A DNA stretch of 64,000 bases, from the NCBI GenBank assembly GCA_950097015.1, contig CATNEN010000029.1, forward strand, positions 868,001-932,000. The letters are read 5' to 3'. The notes under the pieces are model-generated. The model was not told the DNA's origin, searched no databases, and saw nothing but the letters and a program-made list of their open reading frames with translations. Below are positions 36,437 through 48,072 of this stretch, piece after piece; the stretch's first letter is position 1, and the number at the start of each line of letters is the position of its first letter. Made by a program: the position numbers and the translations under genes. The stretch is from Macrostomum hystrix (taxonomy: Eukaryota > Animalia > Platyhelminthes).

Positions 36437-38217
36437 CGTAGGGTGTCCCAGAAATAGCGGGAAAAATCGATGCACAGGCAAACTGGTGAAACATAGTTTA
36501 TTGAAACTCACGTCACTGATAAATAAACATTCAGCAGTTCTAACGCTTTTTAAATTAAGTAAATATGTCAATTCATTAAAAAGTTATGGCTAAAATTAGA
36601 ACAAGGGGTAGGGGGTAGAGTTACACCAAGTCAAGGCCAGCGGAATCGGTCACGCAGCATCGCCATCGCCGTCGACTGACGACTTTTCGACGAAGTCCCC
36701 CCCTTAGCTCGCAGCACTTAGTCCATCGCGTGAGAAGCGCATTGATGGCATCTGCATAAGCTCGACGCGGAATTTCGTGCAGCAGAACCCGCCTGACTTC
36801 ACCTTCCAAGTTGTCGCGATGGTCAAAGATGCGCCCCCGCAGGTGCTTCTTTAACTGAGGGAAAATTGCGTAGTCGCAAGGAGCCAAGTCTGGTGAGTAG
36901 GGCGGGTGCGCAAGCAGATCAAAATTGAGTTCGTTGATACGATCAAGCGTTTTCTTGGCCGTGTGAGGTCGAGCGTTGTCGTGCAACAGGAGGTGAGGCT
37001 TGATCGCAGTCCTGCGCTTGTTGCGGATGTCCGATTTCAGCTTAGTCAGCGTCTCCGTGTACCGGTCCGAGTTAACCGTGCTGTTAGGCTCAAGGAAGTC
37101 GATGGTCAGGGGACCTTCTTGATCGAAGAAAAGGGTCAGCATGATCTTCTTGCAGTGCTGGTCTCGCTTCGCCTTCACAGGTGGATCTGAACCCTTCAAC
37201 GCCCACATCTTGCTTTCCTGCTTGGTCTCAGGGTGAAAGTGCGGTATCCAGGTTTCATCGCCGGTCACCAGATAGGGTCGGAAACTCTCCCATCCACCAG
37301 CATCACGCACCAGCTCAAGATTCTCCCTGCAGGACTTCATTCTTACAGTTTTCATTTCTTCTGTCAACAAACGGGGCACCCATCTCGCCGTCAGTTTCAC
37401 CATACCAAGATCCACAGACAAGATCCGATGAATTGAAGTTTTTGGACTTCCCAGTCGATCCGCCAACTCTCTTGCAGTCAAACGGGGATTTGCCTGTACG
37501 ATTTCCTTCACCATTTGAATCAGTGCCTTTGTTGATGGAGAGATCGGACGGCCACGGTTGGCTGTGTCATCGGCAACGTCTGTTCGCCCATGACTGAACT
37601 CTTCAAGCCAGCGATAGACAGCACTCTTCGAGATGGCACTCACTCCGTAGATTTCAGTCAGCTGGCTTACAATTTCACTGCCTCGCTTGCCCAATTTCCA
37701 TTGGGAGTACACGAACTGGCGCTGACCTTCTTTGGACGAAACGTTAAACATTGAACGATTGAACAAGGGAAAATGAAAAAAATCCAAACTCAACAGCGGC
37801 GTCTTGTCCAGGCGCACAAAATGTCGATATTCGCGATGTCGATCGTGCTTGCTGTCGTTGGTGCCACGGGTATTTCTTGCGTCAGCTTCTGCATATTTTG
37901 ATTCTGGTGCTCACGCTTCTCTGCTCGTCTGTTGCCTTTTTCTGCTTCTGTTCACTGATGCTTCTGCTCATTTTCTTCTGTCGCAAAAATTTTGTCTAAG
38001 GACAAACTTAGGTTGGGCCTTGACTTGGTGTAACTCTACCCCTTACCCCTTGTTCTAATTTTAGCCATAATTTTTTAATGAATTGACATATTTACTTAAT
38101 TTAAAAAGCATTAGAACTGCTGAATGTTTATTTATCAGTGACGTGAGTTTCAATAAACTATGTTTCACCAGTTTGCCTGTACATCGATTTTTCCCGCTAT
38201 TTCTGGGACACCCCTCG
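36437..38217 (-). mobile_element. Tc1/mariner DNA transposon (DD34D), 1781 bp, ~202-bp TIRs, TA TSD
   Basis: TIRs at 36437-36638 and 38016-38217 (about 6 mismatches), with TA at 36435-36436 and 38218-38219. Encloses a transposase ORF. Confidence 0.93.
36621..37751 (-). CDS. Mariner transposase (HTH + DD34D), probable +1 frameshift near C-terminus
   Basis: ATG at 37751. Motifs WVPRLL, VTGDETW, LLHDNARPH, HPPYSPDLAPCDY, with 34 residues between the 2nd and 3rd Asp. Removing one G from the G7 run (36697-36703) restores RGDFVEK...* with the stop at 36650. Confidence 0.88.
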   Translation of the reverse strand: MFNVSSKEGQRQFVYSQWKLGKRGSEIVSQLTEIYGVSAISKSAVYRWLEEFSHGRTDVADDTANRGRPISPSTKALIQMVKEIVQANPRLTARELADRLGSPKTSIHRILSVDLGMVKLTARWVPRLLTEEMKTVRMKSCRENLELVRDAGGWESFRPYLVTGDETWIPHFHPETKQESKMWALKGSDPPVKAKRDQHCKKIMLTLFFDQEGPLTIDFLEPNSTVNSDRYTETLTKLKSDIRNKRRTAIKPHLLLHDNARPHTAKKTLDRINELNFDLLAHPPYSPDLAPCDYAIFPQLKKHLRGRIFDHRDNLEGEVRRVLLHEIPRRAYADAINALLTRWTKCCELRGGLRRKVVSRRRWRCCVTDSAGLDLV

Positions 38218-38265
38218 TAGTAACGAAAAGATTGTGACAACTTAAACAGAGTTGCCAATTTCAAG

Positions 38266-39195
38266 GGAAGAGATGAGACACGAGAGAGATGAGACACAGG
38301 AGAGATGAGACACGGGAGAGATGAGACACAGGAGAGATGAGACACGGGAGAGATGAGACACAGGAGAGATGAACCACGCGAGAGATGAGACGCGGGAGAG
38401 ATGACCCACGCGAGAGATGAGACGCGGGAGAGATGAGACGCGGGAGAGATGAGACACGAGAGAGATGAGACACGGAGAGATGAGACACGGGAGAGATGAC
38501 CCACGCGAGACATGAGACGCGGGAGAGATGAGACGCGGGAGAGATGAGACACGGGAGAGATGAGACACTAAAGAGATAAGACACGGGAGAGATGAGATAC
38601 GGAGAGATGAGACACGGGAGAGATGAGACACGGGAGAGATGAGATACGGAGAGATGAGACACGGGAGAGATGAGACACGGGAGAGATGAGACACGGGAGA
38701 GATGAGATACGGAGAGATGAGACACGGGAGAGATGAGACACGGGAGAGATGAGACACGGGAGAGATGAGACACGGGAGAGATGAGACACTAAAGAGTTAA
38801 GACACGGGAGAGATGACCCATGCGAGAGATGAGACACGGGAGAGATGAGACGCGGGAGAGATGAGACACGAGAGAGATGAGACACGGGAGAGATGAGACA
38901 CGGGAGAGATGAGACACTAAAGAGTTAAGACACGGGAGAGATGACCCATGCGAGAGATGAGACACGGGAGAGATGAGACACGGGAGAGATGAGACACGGA
39001 GAGATGAGACACGGGAGAGATGAGACGCGGGAGAGATGAGACACGGGAGAGATGAGACACGGGAGAGATGAGACACGGAGAGATGAGACACGGGAGAGAT
39101 GAGACACGGAGAGATGAGACACGGGAGAGATGAGACACGGGAGAGATGAGACACAGGAGAGATAAGAAACGGGAGAGATGAGAAACGGGAGAGAT
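38266..39195. repeat. 16-bp minisatellite (GAGAGATGAGACACGG)
   Basis: Seen directly. Starts ~45 bp right of the mariner. Confidence 0.95.
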
Positions 39196-39814
39196 AATAT
39201 AATATATTTTAATAGCATCGCAGCTTTCTTTCGTTGTTCTCAAACTCATGCAATTTTCTTCAAGGAAACACGAGAAAATTCATCAGGATGTTACTATACA
39301 TATTTTAATTATATTATATAAAAATATTATATTATTTTTTCGATATTAGGCACAAGTAGGCAAGAGTTTAATAGACAGTAAAACACGGCACAGCTGTAAT
39401 AAATTGTGTCCATTTAAGAGCTAGAATTCTCTCTCCAGTCAGAATCTTTTTCCCAGTAGTAAATATTAAACTTTGTTTCATGTGCATGTGAACACGTATG
39501 ACTGGATACAAAATCACTTCTGTCATGCACCGTGTGCTCTCCCAGAGTATCAATACTGCTCAAAAATTGTCTAAAGAGTAGCAAAAAGGCATGGTCAGTG
39601 GACTAAATGGAAATGCAAAGAATATTGCTCAGCAATTCTCCCGCAGCACATTTTCTAAAAACCCTCTAGGGAAGTACACATCAAATTTAAAAGAACAAAA
39701 AATGTTAAGCCCCCTACTTAAAGTAGAAACTTCAAAATGCCAACGCGATGCCCGATAGTAACTCGGGACTCTGGTCTTAGACTCGGGAGAGATAAGACCA
39801 GATCGGTGGTCCAG

Positions 39815-40490
39815 GTGTACAGTCAGTAGCCCAGATGTACAGTCAGTAGCCCAGATGTACAGTCAGTAGCCCAGATGTACAGTCAGTGGCTTCGATGTAC
39901 AGTCAGTAGTCCAGATGTATAGTCAGTGACCCAAATGTAGTCAGTGGAGATGTACAGTCAGTGACCCAGATGTACAGCCAGTGGCCCAGATGTATAGTCT
40001 ATAGCCCAGATGTATATATAGTCAGTGGCACAAATGTACAGTCAGTAGCCCAGATGTACAGTCAGTGGCCCAAATGTACAGTCAGTAGCCCTGATGTACA
40101 GTCAGTGACCCAAATGTACAGTCAGTAGCCCACATGTACAGTCAGTGACTTTGATGTACAGTCAGTGGCCCAGATCTACAGTAAGTGACCTAAATGTACA
40201 GTCATTAGCCCAGATGTACATTCAGTGACTTCGATGTACAGCCAGTCACTGAAGGTAGAGCTCTCATAATCACAAAACCACAGCGAAAGTCACTGTGGCC
40301 CAGATGTACAGTCAGTGACTTTGATGTACAGTCAGTGGCCCAGATCTACAGTAAGTGACCTAAATGTACAGTCATTAGCCCAGATGCACATTCAGTGACT
40401 TTGATGTACAGCCAGTGGCCCAGATGTACAGTCAGTGACCGAAATGCAGTCAGTGGAGATGTACAGTCAGTGGTTTCGATGTACAGCCAG
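39815..40490. repeat. Degenerate 20-bp minisatellite (AGATGTACAGTCAGTAGCCC)
   Basis: Seen directly. Units vary only by substitution or short indel, with no unique spacers. Confidence 0.9.
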
Positions 40491-41227
40491 TTCCGATGGC
40501 TGCGCATTTCTTTTCAGTCCGTGGACAGGTATAACAGCTAAGTGAATTGAAGCACTAGAGAATTAATTGTCTCGCTCGATGACATGATCAATCTCCCTTG
40601 GACTGAGATTCGAACTCCCGACCCCTCAAACAGACGCCCTACAGAAATAGACGAAAAGCTTGCAAAAATATCTATTTTTTAATCAGATGTTAGCAAATAC
40701 AGAGCTCACCACACTGAGTGATTCATTAAAACTGAAAAATGTAAAAACCGTTTATGACAAGCAAAACAGCGCAAGACAAACACGAGTGTGGTGCTTTTGA
40801 TTTGGATCTCTATAGGCGGCCAAGGATAAGGCAGGAAAAAAGCTAATAAAACTCACATGGCAACGCTTCTTCTCAGCAACAGAAAGTAGAAACTTAGTAG
40901 AAATTTTTTTTGTCAAACATAGAAGACACGTTGTAAAATAAGAAAGAATGAATGAAAAGAGATTTTCGAATAAATTAAGTTTCTGTCAGTGCCTCCAGTT
41001 GTGTAAGTAAATCTATCTGCAGATAGAGCGAGACTTGTTCTGTCGGGTGCAAAAATGCCAATCAAATACGCATGAAAACTTAAATTTTTTATCTATAGCT
41101 TTTGATAAAAACTTTTGACGTAAACATGCTTCCTATAAACGTTGTACTTTGACGTCAGGTTTTACCCTTGATAAGTAATGATCTACGCAAGAAACTTTAT
41201 AGTTTGAGTAGTTTAGGCAGCTCATAC

Positions 41228-41587
41228 TCAACGCTCGTGGCATCTTTCGCAGACAAACTGGCCGGCACGCATGTACACAACCAGGCCGGTGTTGTCGCTG
41301 TAGGTTTCTCGACAATTTTCTCTTAGATAGCAGCCGCACTGGCTGCAGCGCATGCAGCACAGGTGTACCTGCTGCTTCTGCTGCTGCTGCTGCTGCTTCT
41401 GACACTTTTGGCGCGCGTAACTTGATGCGTCGTCGAAACCTTCTTCGTTTGTGTGATCCAGCCATGGCAAAGATCCGGGCAGTTGTTCAGAGCATTGCTG
41501 GCACCTGTGCTGCTGCAGCTCCTGCTGCTCCTGCTGTTCCAAATTCTTGCCTTGGTCAATCTGTTGGCCGTTTGCTATGCAATCCAT
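41228..41587 (-). CDS. Small single-exon protein, 119 aa, with divergent LIM-like zinc-finger motif and poly-Q
   Basis: ATG at 41587. C-x2-C-x42-H-x2-C-x2-C-x2-C-x28-C-x2-C pattern, with YMRAGQFVC before the last pair. GC-rich, poly-CAG composition like the other exons here. Confidence 0.6.
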   Translation of the reverse strand: MDCIANGQQIDQGKNLEQQEQQELQQHRCQQCSEQLPGSLPWLDHTNEEGFDDASSYARQKCQKQQQQQQKQQVHLCCMRCSQCGCYLRENCRETYSDNTGLVVYMRAGQFVCERCHER

Positions 41588-41899
41588 ATAGCACTCGTAG
41601 CTGCGAAAGCTGCAATTAAAATCAATTCATGTCCATGGACATGCACGCAGCCTGTTTCTGTTTCTCTATTAAAATAAGCGCTCACGTCGTATTTAACAAA
41701 TAGTTTTCGCTATTATCTGACTTGTAATAGCCCAGCTTACACATTGAATTCGCTTCTGACTACTATGAGTAAGCGATATCAAATCTTAGTAGGCACCAAG
41801 TTTATTTTCTCATAATTTGTAATTTGTATTTTGTAATTTGTAATTTGATCATAATTTGTCATTTCTGAAGTGCAATTGGCCATTTTTAACACTAATCTG

Positions 41900-42700
41900 C
41901 CATTTTAAATCGAATTTTGCCATTTCTAACCCCTATTTGTCATTTCTAACCCCTATTTGCCATTTCTAACCCCAATTTGCCATTTCCAACCCCAATTTGC
42001 CATTTCTAACCCCAATTTGCCATTTCTAACCCCAATTTGCCATTTCTAACCCCAATTTGCCATTTCTAACCCCAATTTGCCATTTCTAACCCAAATTTGC
42101 CATTTCTAACCCCAATTTTTCATATCTAACCCTATTTGCCATATGTAACCCCTATTTGCCATATCTAACCCCAATTTGCCATTTCTAACCCCAATTTGCC
42201 ATTTCCAACCCCAATTTGCCACTTCTAACCCCAATTTGCCATATCTAACCCCAATTTGTCATATCTAACCCCAATTTGCCATTTCTAACCCCAATTTGTC
42301 ATATCTAACCCCAATTTGTCATATCCAACCCCAATTTGCCACTTCTAACCCCAATTTGCCATACCTAATCCCAATTTGCCATTTCTAACCCCAATTTGCC
42401 ATTTCTAACCCCAATTTGCCACTTATAACCAATATTTGCCATGTCTAACCCCAATTTGCCATTTCTAACCCCAATTTGCCATTTCTTACCCCAATTTGCC
42501 ATATCTAACCCCAATTTGCCATTTCTAACCCCAATTTGCCACTTATAACCCCAATTTGCCACTTATAACCACTATTTGCCATGTCTAACCCCAATTTGCC
42601 ATTTCTAACCCCAATTTTCCATTTCTAACCCCAATTTGCCACTTCTAACCTCTATTTGCCACTTCTAACCACTATTCGCCATATCTAACCCCTATTTTAC
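41900..42700. repeat. 20-bp minisatellite (CCCCAATTTGCCATTTCTAA)
   Basis: Seen directly. Confidence 0.95.
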
Positions 42701-43107
42701 CTTTTGCAGGAAAATGACAGGCTTATTTTTCAAAAAAGCGGAAGATTAAAAGATAAACCGGTTAGGGAAAGCAATAAAAACAGCATGCACTTTATTTAAA
42801 TATTTAAACATTGACAAGCAGTACAACGGGATATATTGGCTTTCAAAAGTTTAAAACGTAAAAAACCAACAACACGTGAAAGAATATTACTTAGAGCATA
42901 GCAAAAATCACAAAATCTGACTAACAATGTTAGTCTCTTTAGAACTCTTGAAGTGACACATTATGAGAGCTCTACCTTCCTTATAATAAGGTAACTGGAA
43001 AATACTAATTATTTGACCAAAAATGCTTACAACGATAAGCGAAAGAGCACATATCATGAAATGATAAATACCAAAGGAAAAACAAGTTTCTAGTAACTTC
43101 ATGCACT

Positions 43108-43790
43108 AGACAACTAGACACTGAATATTCAGGGCAGTGAAGGGTCCACTAGACACTGAATATTCAGGGCAGTGAAGGGTCAACTAGACACTAAATATTC
43201 AGGGCAGTGAAGGGTCCAATAGACTCTGAATATTCAGGGCAGTGAAGGGTCCAATAGACACTGAATATTCAGGGCAGTGAAGGGTCAACTAGACACTGAA
43301 TATTCAGGTCAGTGAAGGGTCAACTAGACACTGAATATTCAGGGCAGTGAAGGGTCAACTAGACACTGAATATTCAGGGCAGTGGAGGGTCAACTAGACA
43401 CTGAATATTCAGGGCAGTGGAGGGTCAACTAGACACTGAATATTCAGGGCAGTGGAGGGTCAACTAGACACTGAATATTCAGGGCAGTGGAGGGTCAACT
43501 AGACACTGAATATTCAGGGCAGTGGAGGGTCAACTAGACACTGAATATTCAGGGCAGTGGAGGGTCAACTAGACACTGAATATTCAGGGCAGTGAAGGGT
43601 CCACTAGACACTGAATATTCAGGGCAGTGAAGGGTCAACTAGACACTGAATATTCAGGGCAGTGAAGGGTCAACTAGACACTGAATATTCAGGGCAGTGA
43701 AGGGTCCACTAGACACTGAATATTCAGGACAGTGAAGGGCCAACTAGACACTGAATATTCAGGACAGTGAAGGGCCAACTGGACACTGAA
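43108..43790. repeat. 35-bp minisatellite (ACTAGACACTGAATATTCAGGGCAGTGAAGGGTCA) with internal 12-bp palindrome CTGAATATTCAG
   Basis: Seen directly, just downstream of the TCP11-like stop codon. Confidence 0.95.
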
Positions 43791-43902
43791 TAAACAAATG
43801 GTGAACAAAAACAGCACTGTAAGGATCAAAGGGATGCAAGGGATCTGAAAGTGATTGTTCCCAAATGTGGAACAATAGCGCGCAATCACGCCGTCATTAA
43901 AA

Positions 43903-46900
43903 TCAATTTTTATCTCCGCCGGCAGCCTCGTCTTGGCGCTGCGGCCGACCGGACATGAGCAGCTGATCGTAGAGCTGGCCAAACACTGCCCGATTGTGGG
44001 CGCAAATTTTCAGGAATGCCCCGGCTACCTGGGCCAGCTCGTCCTCAACCAGAGAGTAGCCGGCGGGCATGCGCACCCGCCTGTCCTGCCAGTCGGCGAG
44101 GCTCTCGCGCAGGAAGGCGATGAGGCGACTGTGCAACAGGCCGGCGGCCGCGTGAACCGGCAGATCGGCCAGCTGGCCAGCCAGCAGTCGGCGCTCCTTG
44201 TCGTTGACCTCATAGTCGCCTGACTCGGCCGCTTTGGCCAGAGTGTCGACTAAGGCGGCGGCTCTGGAGTCCAGCTGGTCGATTGGACAGTCGGTCAGGA
44301 CTGCCGAGGCGGCGGCTTTGGCGCGGGCCTTGGGTAATATTAGAAGGAGATTACAGGTCTATGTTACCGACAAGTAATACTAGTTGATTACACCTGCCCC
44401 AATTGGGTCAGATGTGCAGCCGACAGCACAGCCGCAGCTATTGCGCGGCGCATCTGAAGGCTGCGTATGGCTGTTCAGTCCATGGACTGGGGAGACGCCA
44501 CACCCATCCTAAATTACCCCAGCTAATACTGGTACTCATTTAACGGCTGAGTGAACTGAAGCAATGCAGAGTTTAGCGTCTTGCCAAAAGAAACAATAGG
44601 TTCCAGTGGAGTTAGGAATCGAACCCCCGACCTTCAAGCTGCGTTTTTACCCTAATTAGTGCCCCTTTGGGTACTACTTAGCCTGTAGGGATATATTTAT
44701 TTTCTAAGTATTTAAGTTAAGAAACACGGGAAGACACGGGAAGCTGCCGAAAAAAGAAACATAATTAGAAGATATTTTTTGAATACCAAAACATTAAATA
44801 CATGTATATCTAAAGATTTTTTTAATATACGCGAGTTGTATCGTGAGCGAATAACTTAAAATGGTCAACAGCCGATGACTCAGGCCTTGAGGGCATGCTT
44901 CTAATAGCAGAGAGACCAAATTAGTCAACAATTGATTAATAGCCGACATGGTTACATGATGAAATTTGTTATTTTCACCACCAGACACCCAGACTAGAAT
45001 CGTTGAATATCTCGATTCAATCCTACCTTGTAGGCCGGCCTGCGGTCCTCCGGCAGCCGTTGTCCCAGGGCGCCCATTGCTAGCAGGACGCAGGCGCAGA
45101 CGCAGTGCAGCCTGGCTAACCGATTGCGGATGTCAATCATCCGGCTGGCGTCAATCACCAGAGTCTCCGGCCACCAGTCCGGCTCCGGCTGGCTCCTCGG
45201 CTGGCGCCAGTCGATCAGGCGCACCAGGGCCTCGGAGACAACCCGGCTGGGCGTTCGTTCGGCCTGTGGCAGGCTGGCCGCGGCTTCTGTTAGCCACGCG
45301 CGAGTTCGGCGAAGGCCATCGACGCCGACTGCGGCCTAGACAGGGAATTGTAACGATGGGGATTGAAAATCAAGTTTAGTTTTGTGTCCTAGAAATCCTT
45401 GAATTACCAGTGTCTACGAAATTCAACAATAACACTGCGTTTCTTAGAAAGCTTATATTTTAATTTCTTAGAAATCATACAATTGTATAAGAAATCTCAT
45501 AATCATCTTTCTTAAAAAAGTTAAATTTGTCTTTCTGAGAATTCTTTAGAAATCCCACAATGGTCCTTTCAGAAAACCCTTCTAATCGCAGATATTATTC
45601 TCAAAAAAATATTGATAATAGTGTTTTCTTGAGAAATCTCATGTTACGACTCTACAATTTACTCTCACTCTCAGAAATGTGGTTGTAGCCTAGTGGTTAG
45701 AGTGTAGGACTAACGACTTGAAGGTCGAGAAGGATCGGCGTACGATTTGTGTCCTTTAGCAAGACACTTAACTGTGTATTGCTTCAGTTTAATGAGGGTG
45801 GGTGCGGCGTCCCCTCCCCAGTCTTCGGACTGAACAGCCGTACGCAGCCTTTTGATGCACCGAGAAATAGTTGTACTATTAGCTGGACAACTGACCCAAT
45901 TAGGGCGGGCCTTATCAATATTATATAACTTTTTTGTCGTATTTGAGTTGCAAAGATGAGTAAGTAAACGCCGCGAACAGACCTGCGAGGCCAAGAGCTG
46001 GTCAAATTTCTCCCTCTCGTAGGCCACAGCCTGCTGGCGAATGTAGGGCCGCATCTGCCGCACTGTGAAATTGGCCATGTCTAGCTTCATCAGGTCCAGG
46101 AGGCGGAACACTTCGCGAAATAGAGCGATTGGCTCGGAGATTTGGGCGCAGGCCCGAATGGCCTCGTCGCGGGCCGGGGCGCACATGCGGCCCATAAGGC
46201 CCAGCACATAGTTGGAGTAGTAGTTGATGTCGAATGCGTCGTGCTCAACCTGTTGGATCATTAAGAGCTATATATTGAATATCTAGCTCGAGTACTTTGT
46301 TTACTAAGTCTTCGTTTGCTGAGGAATACAGAGGGAGATATGAAAGATAAATGACATAAAAGAGGGACAGATAGCAGATAACAGGCACAGATAGCAGGTA
46401 GATAAGAGGGACAGATAGCAGATAACAGGCACAGATAGCAGGTAGATAAGAGGGACAGATAGCAGATAACAGGCACAGATAGCAGGTAGATAAGAGGGAC
46501 AGATGGCAGATAATAGGCACAGATAGCAGGTAGATAAGAGGGACAGATGGCAGATAATAGGCACAGATAGCAGGTAGATAAGAGGGACAGATGGCAGATA
46601 ATAGGCACAGATAGCAGGTAGATAAGAGGGACAGATGGCAGATAATAGGCACAGATAGCAGGTAGATAAGAGGGAAAGATGGCAGATAATAGGCACAGAT
46701 AGCAGGTAGATAAGAGGGACAGATGGCAGATAATAGGCACAGATAGCAGGTAGATAAGAGGGAAAGATGGCAGATAATAGGCACAGATAGCAGGTAGATA
46801 AGAGGGACAGATGGCAGATAATAGGCACAGATAGCAGGTAGATAAGAGGGAAAGATGGCAGATAATAGGCACAGATAGCAGGTAGATAAGAGGGAAAGAT

Positions 46901-47606
46901 GGCAGTTGAGACAGCACAGAAACGCAGTGCAATTATAAACACCATTTAGCAGCCTGACCTTCTGCTTGATGAGCTCCAGATCTAGCACCTCCTCGATCTC
47001 CTGACGCACCCGCTCATTGTTATTAGGCAGCAGGGACAGCAGGATGGCTTTAATGTCGCCAATTAGATTGACAGCCTGGCTATAGTCTGGCGGCTGCTTG
47101 GACAAAGTCTCAGTCAGCAAATCCCAAAATGCTCGATGCATCATCTCGCGAACTCGACGCTCCAGCTCGTCTTCAGGCGAGGAGGCGGCGGCGGCGACCG
47201 CTGCTGACGCGCCCGACGCTGCGAGAGGGGGCGCAGCTGTAGTGGAAGTCGAGGCCGAAGACGAAGGCTGCGGGGCTTCGAAGCAAAAGTTGTCATTGGT
47301 AGCCATCTCGTGGGCCAGCACAAGGTTGTTAAAGGCCTCCTGGGCCTCCATAAGTTTCTCCAGGGTCACGTAGACGTCTGGCGAGCGGCCAAACTGCTGC
47401 TCCGGATTTACAAATCGTGGCGATCTGGGAGAGCGCTGGTCGTCCAGCTGCTGCTGCAGGTGCTGCTGCTGCTCAGAGCTGTCCGCCGACTCTGAGTCGC
47501 TTATCTCACCTCGGGCACCGCGGCCGCCGCTGATTGGCTGCGCATCGCTGGGCGGTTGACGCTTTCCTGAGCCACCGTCCCCGCCGGATGCTTCATTGCC
47601 GCTCAT
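43903..47606 (-). CDS. TCP11L1: T-complex protein 11-like (TCP11 family), ~549 aa
   Basis: Exons (minus): 46959-47606, 45983-46249, 45027-45335, 43903-44328, all phase 0. Motifs: LAHEMATNDNF, MHRAFWDLL, EVLDLELIKQ, MCAPARDE, LDLMKLDMANF, YEREKF, WPETLVID, HNRAVFGQLYD. Paralogue assignment is uncertain. Confidence 0.9.
44380..44640 (-). mobile_element. tRNA-derived SINE, family B (CORE-like central domain)
   Basis: B box GGTTCGATTCC on the minus strand. Body similar to 47846-48072 and 61135-61436. Confidence 0.8.
45675..45860 (+). mobile_element. SINE family B, internally deleted copy
   Basis: GTTGTAGCCTAGTGGTTAG (A box) ... TTGTGTCCTTTAGCAAGACACTTAACT ... GGACTGAACAGCCGTACGCAGCCTT. Confidence 0.75.
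46365..46905. repeat. 44-bp minisatellite in TCP11-like intron 1
   Basis: GCACAGATAGCAGGTAGATAAGAGGGACAGATGGCAGATAATAG units. Causes read-through of the 457-aa ORF. Confidence 0.95.
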
Positions 47607-47845
47607 TCTGGAAGCCAACTGCAGTGCGAATACGGGCTATTGCAATGCTTTGCCTGCTTATCTTCTGAACAAACTGATAACTTGGGACTAAATTGAGGAT
47701 TTTCTTAGGATATTGGAGTCATAGTTGAGGATTTTCTAGTTGAGGAAATCCCCAACTATGACTCCAATATTTTATTGGGATGCTTGAGATATTTTAAAGG
47801 ATATCAAGTGGATTTTAAAAGAATTAAACACCCGCATAAAGTGGG

Positions 47846-48072
47846 TCCGATGTTCAGCCGACAGCACAGCCGCAGCTATTGCGCGGCGCATCTGAAGGCT
47901 GCGTACGGCTGTTCAGTCCATGGACTGGGGAGACGCCACACCCACCCTGAATTACCCCAGCTAATACTGGTACTCATTTAGCGGCTGGGTGAACTGAAGC
48001 AATGCAGAGTTGAGGGCCTTGCAATAGGACACAATTTGTTCCAGTGGAGTCATAAATCGAACCCCGACCTTA
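47846..48072 (-). mobile_element. SINE family B copy, upstream of TCP11-like start
   Basis: Similar to 44380-44640. Confidence 0.78.

Noticed and set aside
38061-39249. Multiple SHLSRVSSLPCLI ORFs
   Set aside because: Frames of the 16-bp minisatellite, partly running into the mariner TIR.
39815-40490. Variable 20-bp repeats resembling a CRISPR array
   Set aside because: No unique spacers, no cas genes and a eukaryotic context. It is a degenerate minisatellite.
40590-40645. tRNA-like B box (GTTCGAATC on minus strand)
   Set aside because: No complete cloverleaf. At most a decayed SINE head, so not called as tRNA.
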